DNA of 64,000 bases, taken from assembly GCA_020137815.1 (NCBI GenBank), contig CM035352.1:8680001-8744000 (forward strand), given 5' to 3'. The notes under the pieces are model-generated. The model ran no database searches. It saw only the letters and a list, made by a program, of their open reading frames with translations, and was not told the DNA's origin. Numbering within the stretch: the first letter of the stretch is position 1; every line of letters begins with the position of its first letter. The DNA is from Hormiphora californensis. Lineage: Eukaryota; Animalia; Ctenophora. Below, piece by piece: positions 42,886 to 56,325 of the stretch. The translations under genes and the position numbers were made by a program.

Positions 42886-43446
42886 TTGCTTCACATCCTA
42901 TAATACAGGTAGAAGAGTTACTACAGATAATATTTTCAACTAATACATCTTGGCACAAACACAAAAACAATGTTTTCCAATTACACACACACAATTGAGT
43001 CATACACATGTGTACAATTGTGTGTCAGACGCATGGCCATATAACGAGAACAATACAATACACATGGGAGTAACAGGAAACGCTGAATAAAATACTTGTC
43101 AGCATCTCTTATCCTTGTTCTCTCCTCTGTCTCTCTACCAAATCATATTAATTACCAGCCTAGATGTAACATGTTTTCAAATAACACTCCACTCCAAAGC
43201 TGTTACTGCCCCCCCCTCCCCCGGCCCCCCGGTTATTGGACCGAAGTAGATCGAGATTCGAGAGCCACCGCAGTCCACGGGTCGCAATTATTTGATTGAC
43301 ACCGAACAAAGAATCCTCTCTCTCTTTATAGAATGACTACTACTACTACAACTCCAGCTACTCGTGATTCAATCACCGTTTTATGTCAGAGAGAAAGTTG
43401 ATTGTAAGGTAAATTCCTAATTAGTGCATCCCCACAATTTTCTCTC

Positions 43447-43494
<48 letters not shown>

Positions 43495-43576
43495 ATCCCT
43501 TTCTTTTTCTGTCGACTGTCAGCCAAAATGACATAACTGCTCTCAATCAGTATTCCGACACCGCTCATTTTGCAAT

Positions 43577-46500
43577 ATGCCCTCCACAGGAGAGAAATCT
43601 GCCTTGGTGACGGGGACAGCCACCTACACCAACTTGGACAAATCTACTGCACCGAAACAGGTTTGTGGATTGTTTGTTGAAATGTTGATGTGTATAGCAA
43701 CACAAGATTCAGAGTTGCTGCTTTGCCTAGATACCAAAGTGTACCCGAATAACATTGCAGTTTTACGTTGGTTAGCTACCTTATTTTGTTCAAACCCAAT
43801 GCAATAGTTCCAAGTTGATTTAGTGGCATCGGGGTCCGACTGTAGTTCCAAGCTGCTAATTGAGCTCTCACACATCACTAGTTACAGGCTGCTGAGAGTG
43901 CTGGAGAGCTGATTGAAAGGGTGGGATGTGGCGCTTACCAGATAAAACATGGTCTTATACTTGGAGTAGTGGTAACATGCGACTCAGCACAGGTACTTCC
44001 ACAACAGCCATCTTTCTTTCTTTTTGTTTCTCTGACAAGAATGATCAGTTATGATCTTCCATCTTAGTGCAATCTTGAATCTTAGTCAAACCGTTTGACA
44101 CCATCTCTACTTCTGTCTGCTGTGATCGCCATGATTTTCTGCCTAGAGATGCCTTATCATTTAGGTGCCGGCAGGCACCTCCGACCCGAAGAAAACAGCA
44201 AAAAACGAAAAAAAAAGAAAAAAAATTTTTTGCCCCTGCACAAAAACCCAAAAATGCCGGCCCTATTAAGAACAAAGAAAGGTCTTTTTTTGGGGGGGGG
44301 GGGGGGGGGCAAAAAACATGTCAACGATTGTGGCCACACCGTTTGAGATATCGACTTGAAATTTTGTAGGCATGTTCTTGTAGTATTCCTTTGTGTCATG
44401 ACGTTGGCGGATTTTTGAATTTTTAATTAATTAATTAATTATAGGTATGTAATTAAAAACGGTGCAAGGGCACCGTGCCCCTGCACATTGCGTGTTCTGT
44501 CCCTTGCACCGCGCCCCTGCACCAAATTCTATTTTCCGTTCTGCTTAAAATATCGACTTGAAACTTTGTAGGAATGTTCTTCAATCATAAAAGATGATGT
44601 TCGAAAAGTGGGAATAGTCAAAATTAATTAATTAGTTAGTTAGAGCCGTGCAAAAAATGGAATTTGGTGCAGGGGCAGGCAATGTGCAAGGGCAAATGGT
44701 TCAGGGGCTGCCCTTGCACCAATTTTATGATCGAACTGTGTCCACACCGTTTAATATTTTGACACGAAACTTTCTATGCATGTTCTAGTAGCATAACTAC
44801 GAGTACTAGAAGAGCCGTATGATTAATATATCAATTAGGTAATTAATTATAGGCAAATTAATTAAAATTTGCCCCTGCACAATTTGTGCAAATTTCCCCT
44901 GAACATGTGCCCTTGCACCATTTTGTTTGCCCCTGCACATTTTTTGCAACTTTGATATTCAAACTGTGGCCACACCGTTTGAAATTTCGAAATGAAACTT
45001 TGCATGTATGTTCTAGTAGTATAACTACGAGTCATAACGGAGCCGGATTTTTGATTTTCTAATTAATTAATTAATTATAATCAATTAAAACTTTTGCCCC
45101 TGCACCAATTTGCCCCTGCACAGTTTTGGCAAATTTGATATTCAAACTTTAAGCCTTTGTGAAAGTACCTAATGAAAATTATTTATTTCAGGTTATGATG
45201 AACAATAAGCTATAAAAACGCCCCTTTTTGTTACACAAGCCTGTGCTTGGTATCGAAGACACCTCACACTCTGTCGCCGGGCGACCTTCGCGTGCACACG
45301 CTGGCAAGGGGTAACTTCGTAACCAAAGCCTGTGCATTGTGCATAATGAAATGGATAAATTTTCATCCAGTTGCTGGCGATAGAACTCGATAGAGTTCGA
45401 TTGATTTACCATGACAACGGAGTTGGTTACCATACTAACCAGAGAATTCGTTGTAAAATAGTCCTTTCTTGCTATAAACTCGGCCTTTAGATAGAAAATT
45501 GATTTTATTCTACTCGCACTAATGCAAGGGCATTTCACAGTTTGGTGCCGTTATTTTTGTCTCTATTTTTAATAGGATTTTGGGATTAGACTGAAAGTAT
45601 GGGATCATTTGAGAAGTAGTGAAGATTTGAAACATGTTAGCAACTTGCCGGTTCGACAAACTAAACCCATATGATTCCAACTTCGGGTCGGACGAGGGGA
45701 AGCTTGCCTTTTGCGAACATATCTTATCATATCTTGTCACAGGTGTTCATGTTATCCATTATCGGGCCCTTGTTGGCATGTCAATGGGACCTGTCTACCA
45801 CCCAGCTGACATCAATTGGAGTCACCTTCATGCTGTTCTACATGGCGGGTAATGCAGTACCTCAATCAATAACTCCTTGTCCCCCTCCCCACTGTATCAA
45901 TATCTTCCCGGTCACCCCTCTTATTTGGTAGTTTACACACACCTGATAATCACCTCAGGGGCATCACTAGGAGGGTATGCCTCAGATAAGTACGGCCGGC
46001 GACCAGTATTAATTCTCAGTTCCTTTCTGCTCAGCATATCAGAACTCTTGGTGCCCGCAGGGGAGACTTACCCCCTTTTCCTGATCTTATATGGGATTAC
46101 TGGCCTGTTTGTAGGATGCAGGTATTCAACTTGACCCTCACAAACATTTCTCACAGATAAACCTCCGGGCGATTCGCTGCCCGAATGAAGGTGATTCGCC
46201 AGGAGAATCTCGAGATCGGATCAGTTATCATCAGGCATATATAAAGAAGTAACTAAACATCTTGTGTTTATACAGGTACTCCCTGGCAGTCACCTACCTA
46301 ACGGAGATAGCCCCAATTCGACAGAGAACATTAGCGGTGCTTTCCGTTAAAATGTTCTGGGCCGCTGGGGGAATCTTTGAAACCGCTCTGGGATATTTTG
46401 TTCTCCCCGGCCTAGGATACAAATACCAGGTATTTGCTGATCTCCCTTTCCAATTATACGTGTGTTTTTTACTGTAAATTATAGCTTAGATAGGTCTTCC

Positions 46501-48325
46501 GATTCAAATTTAGATGTGTAATTTACTGGTCAATTCTCTAATTTTGAACACCCCGACCACCCACAGGTATTCTTCACTTCTCTACTCTGTTTGGCTTCAT
46601 TCGGAGGTAGCTGGTTGCTATTAGAATCGCCCCGATGGTTGTTAAGTAGAGGGCAGGTTAGGGAAGCACTGGGAGTTCTCAATCAGGCTAGCCAGGCTAA
46701 TGGAAAGGGGCCAGTGGGACAGATGGATTTCAGTCCGGAGCCTTTCAAGGTATAGGTTCCTGGTTCAATTAGAAGCTGGAAAATTCCACGGAATTGCTGG
46801 AGAATTTTATTCCATAGAAGTGATTGTTCTTTGTAAATTATTTCTGTAATCATCTATGTCAGAATAATTAACAAAATTACAGGCCAATTTCTATCCGATT
46901 GTCGACAGATACAACCGTATTCATTCAGTTGAATTATGTAACACTGCACGTGTATAATTCTACAGAATGATGAGGATGGGATATCACGAACAAGTGGTTT
47001 AAAGTGGTTACTAGGAGCTGAACAGCGTTCCGTTACCATAGTAACATCCTTGTTGATGTTCTCCGCAACCTCCCTTTACTTCTCATTGATCTATCTTAAC
47101 ACAGACCTTCATATCATCAATTTCTGTGGTGTTGGGTAAGTGTGACAAGATGACGAAATACGGTAAGAGCCCTATTTACCGGGAAAACCGAGCATCTCGG
47201 TATATCGGGTTCCAAAGATATCTGTTTAATATGTTCATGTTGTAACTTTCATTCCAGTTAGTGACTTCGTAACCAATTATTTTCTCCTAAAAAGGGCTGG
47301 AAACTCGAAAAGGATGGCTGTCAATGGTACTGAGTTTTGTCGCGTCCTGGGGAAGGAGGATTACAGAGACCTGCTTATAACTTCTGTCGTCGAGGTATCC
47401 GTCACTTTAGCTATATCAATTCAATCATTAGTAATCACTTAAATTTGACACCCTACAATAGTGGACGCCCTTACGGTTTTTCCCACGTGCGCCGCGCGTG
47501 TGCGGCTCAAATCCTAAGCTGTGATTGGCTGAAATTTCGTGGCACTGAAGAATGTTGATCAGATCACATTCGATTTTTATCTTTTAATAATTTCCGAGGT
47601 CAGGGAATTGTGTGACCATTTCCACTAGCATCACCTTCAGGTACCTGTCATGCTACTTGGCATTTTAGCTGCGGATCGGATTGGAAGAATCAAGACTTTC
47701 AAACTTGTCTCTCCACTTGTCTTGATTTCAGTCACCCTACTTGCTGTGTGTGTCACATCTGGTAAGATATATGATCGGGCTGAACTTGAAATGTTTTATA
47801 CGCCCGCTTCCAATCTTCTTGAGCTGATTCGTCCTCTTCTCAGCCGGATCCGCTTACCGAACTGTTCGTGCTGCACGGTCTGTCCAGACTCAGGACGAAC
47901 AGTTGAACAGCGACTGGTAACACATGCAATATGCATTGACCCAAACTCATCTTTCAGTGACTGAGGAACTGCAGTTGTATATTTCAAGAGGTCTAACTGA
48001 CTGCTTTCTTCTTGTGTTATGGGTCTATGTCCCAGAAATATTTCCAACCCGAGTGAGAAACATGGCAGTCGGGCTAATCAACACAACAGGAAAACTTGGT
48101 GCCGTCTTTGGGATCGTTTTTGTACAGGTAAATAGAAGACTGTTTGACTGTAATATCTTAGGCAAGTCTATTTTAATAACTAAAGATATGATTTGATCCC
48201 ATCAGATGTTTGCGATGGAGAACCCAAGGGCCATACTAGGAGTTTTTATTGGCGTATCTCTCTTCACATTCGCAGCATCATTCCTGCTCAAGAAAGAAAC
48301 AAAGGATCTGCAACTTGATGAATAA
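43577..48325 (+). CDS. SVOP: SV2-related MFS transporter (SVOP-like)
   Basis: Exons encode ELIERVGCGAYQ, LSIIGPLLACQWDL, GGYASDKYGRRP, YLTEIAP, ESPRWL, EDYRDLLITSVVEVP, ADRIGR, VYVPEIFPTRVRNMAVG; stop at 48323-48325; start codon tentative. Confidence 0.85.
44158..45722 (-). mobile_element. Helentron-associated (HINE/DINE-like) non-autonomous element, copy A
   Basis: Subterminal inverted repeats CCGACCCGAAG / CTTCGGGTCGG, 3' hairpin AGGTGCC-TGCC-GGCACCT, internal GCCCCTGCAC repeats. Confidence 0.7.
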
Positions 48326-48594
48326 TTTTGTGTTTATTTAGTGTTCTAAAGTTGGAAATTACTGTTAAGGACACGGGACACTTCATTGTTTGTGCCAGTA
48401 GAACACTGAACAGTGAACACACAGTGTTCAACACTGTTATACAATTGTCAATTGTGTTTTATTCCCAATAAAAATCCATTCTCCCGGATTTGAATCACTG
48501 ATTGTTAGCTGTAAACTTACATCATGAGTTTTTCTTGTATTCCTAAATGATTTTGAGCAATTATATTTTAGAAACAAAGTATGGACAAATGTTA

Positions 48595-48819
48595 CAGTGG
48601 TCATCCGACATATTCCGACGTGAAATTCGACCTGAATCTCGACCTGGAATGAGGCGCGCATCAGAGAGATGTGCCGCAGTAAGCAAATGATGTCGCGCTT
48701 CAACTCTTCTCTCTCGTTAGTCTTTGTGTCTCTCTCACTACGAATGCGCGCCTCATTCCAGGTCGAGATTCAGGTCGAATTTCACGTCGAGGTATGGCAA
48801 TTATGTCGGATGACCACTG
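48595..48819. mobile_element. Palindromic MITE (CAGTGGTCATCCGACATA termini)
   Basis: ~80-bp inverted arms; TA on the left only. Confidence 0.7.
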
Positions 48820-49111
48820 TCAATCAAGTGTACAAAGTTAAAAATTGAAAATTCAGGCGGCAAAGGATGCCAGCCGCCAGGTGAAAATCGGGTTAAACCG
48901 CTTTGGGCTCATCAAAAACCAGATGTTTTATTACGAATTTATCCTCTACGCTCTAAAAAGTTAGAAAGCCGGTCGCCGGATGGATTTTTACGGTTTTATG
49001 TTGGCCTATGCTACAGGCCCTAAAGGGCCTAGGGGGTCGTACGCGCGGTTATCAAATGCTGACTAACATGGACTTTCGATAAGAGATTTAACAAACGCGC
49101 GCGACGTAAAG

Positions 49112-50760
49112 ATATGATCGCAAAAGGCAAGCTTCCCCTCGTCCGACCCGAAGTTGGGAGATTCGTCGAAACAGCAACCTTCAGGCTATTAAAATATTTT
49201 TTGATGCGCGGCGGCCTGTTTATCATAGTAGGGTCGGTTGTGGGAAGTTGGGTCTGGAATTTTAAATTTGACTTTCTGATATGATTAGGGACTCTATAAA
49301 AAGTCCAGGTCTCTACCACCCCCGGTTCACTAATTACTAATAAATCACATAATTACGACTAATTAGTAATTAGTCGTAATTATGTGATTTATGACGTTAT
49401 CGCCAATTAGCACTAATAATGCCAGTTCCTGGTCACTTAGAGCTTAGATTTTGATACCAGCTGATAGAGGATCACTAGATTTTTCCGTTTGGCTGGCGGT
49501 TGGCTGGCACCACGTGGGATTAGGGGTTTAGGTCGTCGTGGGAGGTCGACATTGGTCGCGTTCGATCGGGCTCGATGAGGTGATCAAAAGCTAGTGGGCC
49601 AGACCTTGGCCCCACCCCGTTCTTGGCTTATTGGGCTTTTTCGGTTTCCCGCCAAAATATTTTCCCGCCATATATATGCTTTATTTTTTTGCCCCTGCAC
49701 TGCCACTGCACATTTTTTTAATTGCTTATAATTAATTTGATAATTAATTTTGAATATTCCCACTTTTTGTAGGCCTTTCTATATGCTTGAACTACATTAC
49801 TGCAAAATTTTACGCCGTTATTTATAGCAGAACGGAAAATATTTTCAAATGCTCAGGGGCAATGCTCAGGGGCACCAGAAAAATGTCCATTTTTTAATTG
49901 CTTATAATTAATTGGATAATTAATTTTGAATATTCCCACCTTTTGTAGACCTTTCTATATGCTTGAAGAGCATTCCTACAAAGTTTCAAGTCGATATTTC
50001 AAGCAGATCGGGAGATAATTGCGGCTCAGGTGCCCCTGGGCCACTTTTGTTAGTGCGAGGGCAATTTTAAAATTTTAATTGCTTATAATTAATTAATTAA
50101 GTAAAAAATCAAAAATCAGGCTCCGTGGTGACTCTTAGTTATACCACTAGAACATGCCTACAAAGTTTTAGATCGATATGTCAAACAGTGTGGCCACAGT
50201 TTGAATTTTAAAATTGCCCAGGGGCAGTTTTTTCAAATGCTCGGGGGCAAAATTCAGGGGCACCAGAAATGTCCATTTTTGCATGCCTATAACTCATTGA
50301 TTACTTAATTTTGACTATTCTAACTTTTTGTAGATCATTTTTTATGCTTGAAGAGCATTCCTACAAAGTTTCAAGTCGATATTTCAAGCAGATCGGGAGA
50401 TAATTTCGGCTCAGGGGCAATGCCCAGGGGACAGAACACCCCATGCCCAGGGGCACGGTGCAGGGGCTACTTTTTAATTACCTATAATTAATTAATTAGG
50501 CAAAAAATCAAAAATCCGGCCACGTTATGACACGTAGTTATACTACTAGAACACGCCTACAAAATTTCAGGTCGATATCTCAAAAAATGTGGCCACAATC
50601 GCTGCCTGAAATTTGCCCCCCCCCCCCCCCCCCCCCCGAAAAAAAGACCTACGTTTGTATATATAGGGCCGGCTTTTTGGATTTGGTGCAGGGGCAAAAA
50701 ATTTTTTTTCTTCGTTTTTTCTGTTTTCTTCGGGTCGGAGGTGCCTGCCGGCACCTAAAT
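49112..50760 (+). mobile_element. Helentron-associated (HINE/DINE-like) element, copy B
   Basis: Same 5' end (GCAAAAGGCAAGCTTCCCCTCGTCCGACCCGAAG), subTIR and 3' hairpin as copy A, in opposite orientation. Confidence 0.7.
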
Positions 50761-51402
50761 ATCAAACTGTGGCAAATTGGACATGAGGGCTGCTGGAAAA
50801 GTGATGCCAATCGGTGTTGGGGTTGTTTTTAAAGACATCATGAGCAACTTTCTTGCCTTGTTCGAACAAAACAACAATTTTCAAGGTGAAGAAACTAAAC
50901 TTGGAAAAATCATGTTACAAAAAAATACAGGTTTACAGGTTTACAAATAAAGTAATGGTGACACTATTATATATATAGATCTTCCCTTTATGGGTCCACC
51001 TAAATTAAAATTAAAATACTCGTCTCCTCAAGCCCTCTCTCTAGACACATACAGCACATTGAGGGGAACTATTATTGGGAAATTACGAATATACAAGAGT
51101 CACTCTTACACATTAAACTTGTTCATCGGGCTCCAGGATAGTAGATTTGACAATCAATGTCTCCACTGCACTGAAATCCTTGCAGTTTACAGTCATCAGC
51201 AGAGGTAGGGCCATCTAAGGACCAATGTTAGCTTGATGCACAGCAGGGAGATTACGGCTTAGCTCCGTGGGTGCCTTAACCGACTTCAACAGTCCTGTGA
51301 TGATGAAACAACATGTTCCCTCCCTCCCTTGATTGTGGGAACCATAGGAAGAGTGAACTCGTCTGCCGTAATGATCACACCTGAATTGAAAACCGTTACA
51401 TA

Positions 51403-52039
51403 CAGGGTGTTCATTTTGGATCTTTACAAGCGTTGGGCTTCACCCAGAAAAAAGTTGACAAGATTAGGTCATGAAACTTCATACTTGGACTAATCTATAC
51501 CCTCATTCAAGGTTCCTGGGGGTTTTGGAGCTTTAGGACCCTGGGAAGTGTGTTTTTGGCATCAAAACTACCAGAAGGAATTTTTTGCTGGTGCTGAGAC
51601 TTTGCTAAAATGTTTTTTGGGTATTTTCTATGTCGATCCTAAAGTTTCATAGAGATTGGATGTGTTTTTCAGACTCAAAATTTCGTAAAAAGTGGCTGGA
51701 AAGACTCAATTTTAGCCGTTTTTGAGCCGTTTTCGAGCCTTTCCAGCCACTTTTATCGAAATTTTGAGTCCGAAAAACACATCCAATCTCTATGAAACTT
51801 TAGGATTGACATAGAAAATACCCAAAAAACATTTTAGCAAAGTCTCAGCACCAGCAAAAAATTCCTTCTGGTAGTCTTGATGCCAAAAATACACTTCCCG
51901 GGGTGCTAGAGCTCCAAAACCCCCAGGAACCTTGAATGAGGGTGTAGAATGGTCCAAGTATGAAGTTTCATGACCTGATCTTGTCAACTTTTTTCTGTGT
52001 GAAGGCCAACGCTTGTAAAGATCCAAAATGAACACCCAG
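51403..52039. mobile_element. Palindromic mariner-like MITE
   Basis: CAGGGTGTTC...GAACACCCAG termini, TA TSD, ~300-bp imperfect arms. Confidence 0.85.
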
Positions 52040-52859
52040 TATTTGAGAGATAGAGAGAGATAGTGCACATAAAATAACGTTGTGTCACGTGACTCCCACG
52101 TGAATTTTGGCCGCTCCCACACTGTACTGGTTTTGTTCGGGGAAGGAGGGTCGAACAAGACAACACTGTACCTGGAAAATGGCGATTTTCAGGTGTCCAT
52201 GTTGTTTTAGTTCATCACAAACCTTGGCAATTTAAAGTTTTCGTGGGGAAGGTCATGGAAGGTCTAACGTGGTCAATAATACCTGAGAAAAGACAGAGAT
52301 TTTAGTAACGATGTTAGTGTGTGTCCGCTTGTAAGAATGACATGGTGTGATAGTGTCCGTTCGTGAATAATGCTCTGAGGGGTATTTTGTAGAGTCCGAC
52401 GGGTTTCTAGTGGATGTATTGGTGTATTTAGGGGGGTTTTAGGGGCATCTAGCAAAATTTCATAGGTATCTAGCAGCGTGGGGGACCCAACGGGTAGGGT
52501 GGTAGAGATGCCGGGTACTTGAGACATAGTGTTTGAGTAGGTGAGAGTGAGAGGTGATGTGGGCTAATTGTTGGGCACGGTGTACCCTCTCTTTTTGGGA
52601 AGGGGGAGGGAGAGAAATAGGGTACCTGACTCCTGGGTAGTTGAGAGTGAGAGGTAGCGTGGGCTAACTGAGAGATGGGTTAATAAAATGATGATGGGGT
52701 AGCCGGTAGCTTTAAAATTAGGGTGGGGTACTAACATGAATGTTGGAGATGGCGATGTTGGTCTTGATAGCGATGTAGCATTTAGCGATGGAGAGATAGC
52801 ATCTAGGGATGCAAAGATTAGATCTCTAGATAGAGAGATAGAGAGATAAAAGGTGATGA

Positions 52860-54690
52860 GAGGTGCAGTAGGTTAGAAAGGGTCAAGAGATTTGGTGGTT
52901 TGGTAGGGGTCGAGATGTGGGTTAAAAGAGGTCCAGAGATGGGATAGAATTGGGATACGAGAGATGGGTTGGAAGGGGTATGAGAGATGGGTTAGAAGGG
53001 GTTGAGAGTTGGGTTAGAAGAGGTCGAGGGGTGAGTAATAACTTAGAAGGGGTCGAGGGAAGGGATACGAGAGGTAGGTTAAAGGGGGTCGAGACTCGAG
53101 AGGTGGGTTAGAAGGGGTACGAGAGGTGGGTTAAAACTTAGAAGGCTAATGGGTTCACGGTGAGTTACTACGGGTCGAGAGGTGGGTTAGAAGGGGTCGA
53201 GGAAAGGGTAACTACTTCGTAGGGGTCGAGAGGTGGATTAAAAGGGGTCGAGAGGTGGGCTAAAAGGGGTTGAAAGATGAGTTAGAAGGGGTCGAGAGGT
53301 GGGTTAGACGGGGTCGAGGGAAGAGTAAGTACTTAGTAGAGGTGGAGAGGTGGATAAAAAGGGGTTGAGAGGTGACTTAGAAGGGGTCTAGGGGTGGGTT
53401 AGAAGAGGTGGAGACCCGAGACTCGTGGGGTGGGTTAAAAGGGGTTGAGAGGTGAGTTAGAAGGGGTCTAGGGGTGAGTTAGAAGAGGTCGAGGGGTGAG
53501 TTAGAAGGGGTCTAGAGGTAAGTTAGAAGGGGGGGGGTCGAGAAGTGGGTTAGTCGTTAGAAGGGGTCGAGGGAAGGGTAAGTACTTAATAGGGCTCGAG
53601 AGGTGGGTAAAAAGGGGTCGAAAGGTGGATTAAAAGAGGTCGAGAGGTGGATTAAAAGGGGTCGAGAGGTGGGTTGAAAGATGAGTTAGAAGGGGTCGAG
53701 AGGTGGGTTAGAAGGGGCCAAGGGTGGCCGTGGGTTAGTAGGGGTCGAGAGGTGGGTTAGAAGGGGTACGGGAGATGGATTAGAAGGTCCGACCCCTTCT
53801 AACCCACCTATCGGAAGGTGGGTTAGAAGGATGGGTTAGTAGAGGTCGGGAGGTGGGATAGAAGGGGTTAAAAGGGGTACGAGAGGTGGGCTAGAACATA
53901 GAAGGGGCCAAAAGGGGGGTAAAAGGGGCCCAGAGGTGAGTTACTAGGGGTCGAGAGGTGGGTCAGAATGGTACTAGAGTTGGGTTAAAAGTGTTCAAAG
54001 GGTGGTTTAAAAGGGGTCGAGAGGTAAGTTAGAAGGGGTCCGGAGGTGGGTTATTAGGGAGCTGAGAGATTTGTTAGAAGGGGTTGAAGGGTGTGTTGGA
54101 AGGGTTCGAGGAGTGGGGTAGTAATTAGTAGGGGTCGAGAGGTGGTTTAAAAGGGATTAAGAGTTGATTTAGGAAGGGTTCAGAGTTGGGTTAGAAGGGG
54201 CTTCAAAGGTGGGTTAGAAGAGTCGAGAGGTGAGATATAATAGAGAGGTTTCAGCGGGAGTTAGTAAGGAGCTGACTGCTGAGGTAAAAGGACTCAGAGG
54301 TGGGCTAGAAGGGGTCCACATGTTGCTTAGTAGGGGTCCAGAGGTGGATCCATACTAACCCAGTTCTAGACTAGAACCACTTACTAGGGTCTGTGAATCC
54401 ATCAATAAAGATCTGCTGGCGATGAGAAGCAGCTGTGAACGGTTCCCCTACTCAGGTGTTTAGCTCATAGTACGTTGGCCCAGTAATATTAGTATCTTGA
54501 CCCAGTAATTTGGTTTCCGGAACGGAATCTGAGAGAGTATTTTGTTACTAACATTTGATTAAACTATCAGAGGGGGTTCAAAGGCGGGTCCAGAGTTGAG
54601 CTAGAAGGGATTCAGAGGTGGGTTAGCAGGGAGCTCAGGTAAAAGGGCTCAGAGGTGGGTTATAAGGGGTCCATATGTTGATTAGTTGGG
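52860..54690. repeat. Degenerate G-rich ~22-bp minisatellite (GGGTTAGAAGGGGTCGAGAGGT)
   Basis: Directly visible; interrupted near 54350-54570. Confidence 0.9.
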
Positions 54691-54879
54691 GTCCAGAGAG
54701 AGAGAGAGAGAGAGATAGAGATGGAGATCTATCTATCTATCTACGGAGTGCCTGGGCTTTCCAACGGCAAGCCTACAGGGGACTATCGCGAAGCGATATT
54801 GCCGGCTCTAGGAGAACACCCCCCCTCCCCTCCCACCATCAGGAACTACACAGGCAGGTTCACATTATAGGTTGGGGAA

Positions 54880-55262
54880 TGGAGATGGAGAGATCTAGAG
54901 AGAGAGATCTAGAGAGAGATGGAGATCTAGAGATGGAGATCTAGAGATGGAGATCTAGAGATGGAGAGATGGAGAGATGGAGAGATGGAGAGATGGAGAG
55001 ATGGAGAGATGGAGAGATGGAGAGATGGAGATCTAGAGATGGAGATCTAGAGATGGAGATCTAGAGATGGAGATCTAGAGATGGAGATCTAGAGATGGAG
55101 ATCTAGAGATGGAGATCTAGAGATGGAGATCTAGAGATGGAGATCTAGAGATGGAGATCTAGAGATGGAGATCTAGATGGACATGGAGAGATCTAGGGAG
55201 AGATCTAGGGAGAGATCTAGAGAGAGGTCTAGAGAGAGATCTAGAGAGAGATCTAGAGAGAT
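54880..55262. repeat. Compound 7/12/14-bp tandem repeat (GAGATGG, GAGATCTAGAGATG)
   Basis: Directly visible. Confidence 0.9.
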
Positions 55263-55881
55263 AGAGAAAGAGATGAGGTGAATAAATCAAGGAATTCAAC
55301 TTACAGTTTTAAAGAGAGTAGTACAACTCCAATTGATCGCATTGAAGATCAGGAGCATCAAAGCAACGATCAACGATCTTGGTATCTTCTTGGATGGTAT
55401 CTTCCACACCACTGACCACACCTAGTGCTCATCACATTCATATCGATTACCGAAGCTTTTGTCATCCAGTAGCTACTTTGAAATTGGAATTTAGTATTAT
55501 ATCATAGTATTATAGTATTATGTTACAGTTATTCAAGGATGAAAATTGAAAGGTAAGGATACCCGATAAAGCTACACAACAAAGGTCGGACAGTGTAAAG
55601 TGAGTGAACCCTAGTGGTGGCAGCAAGGTATTACGTACTCTCAACGTACTGTGAGAGGTCACCCGACCCACTGCTCTCTCATATGTCATCTTCAGGTGTC
55701 CTAAAGACATTTTAAAAGTGTCCACGGGTCGACTTTGGCCTATGCTACAGGCCCTAAAGCCTAGAAGCCGTGGAAAACGCGCGCACTTGGGGTCTGCAGC
55801 GCATGCCAAGGTTTTATGGGGCGGTTTAAGTTTTTTGGAAAATCGAAAAAAATCTGGTTCTGATTTCAAACTTCAATATAC

Positions 55882-56096
55882 TCGGATTTTTTGAAACTGT
55901 CACCCCCCTGAAATAACAAAATTTGTCATATCTCCGGTTCCTGATAAGATAGAGACTTTAAATGTGGAGGTTCGGAAGAACTTAGCAAGATCTTCGTAAC
56001 TTCCAAATTTCAAGTCTCTATCTCATCAGGAACCGGACTTATGGCCATTTAAAGAAATTTGAAAACCCTATGGGGGTGACAGTTTCAAAAAATCCG
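55882..56096. mobile_element. MITE-like inverted repeat
   Basis: TCGGATTTTTTGAAACTGTCACCCC / GGGGTGACAGTTTCAAAAAATCCGA. Confidence 0.6.
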
Positions 56097-56100
56097 ACCT

Positions 56101-56325
56101 TAGGGATCCCTAATAAAGTTGTGACTTGTCACCAAACATGTGGTTCCCGTGGCGGCGCGGCTTCAAAATGCGCGATTGTAACTTGTCACCGCATGGTTTG
56201 CGCCGCGCCGCAGCTACGCGCAGTGGGAACCACGTGCGTTTTGGTACGCGCACACGCGGTGACAAGTCACAACCGCGCCTCCGCAAGACAACAGTGACAA
56301 GTCACAACTTTATTAGGGATCCCTA
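56101..56325. mobile_element. MITE with ~32-bp perfect TIRs
   Basis: TAGGGATCCCTAATAAAGTTGTGACTTGTCAC and its reverse complement. Confidence 0.8.
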
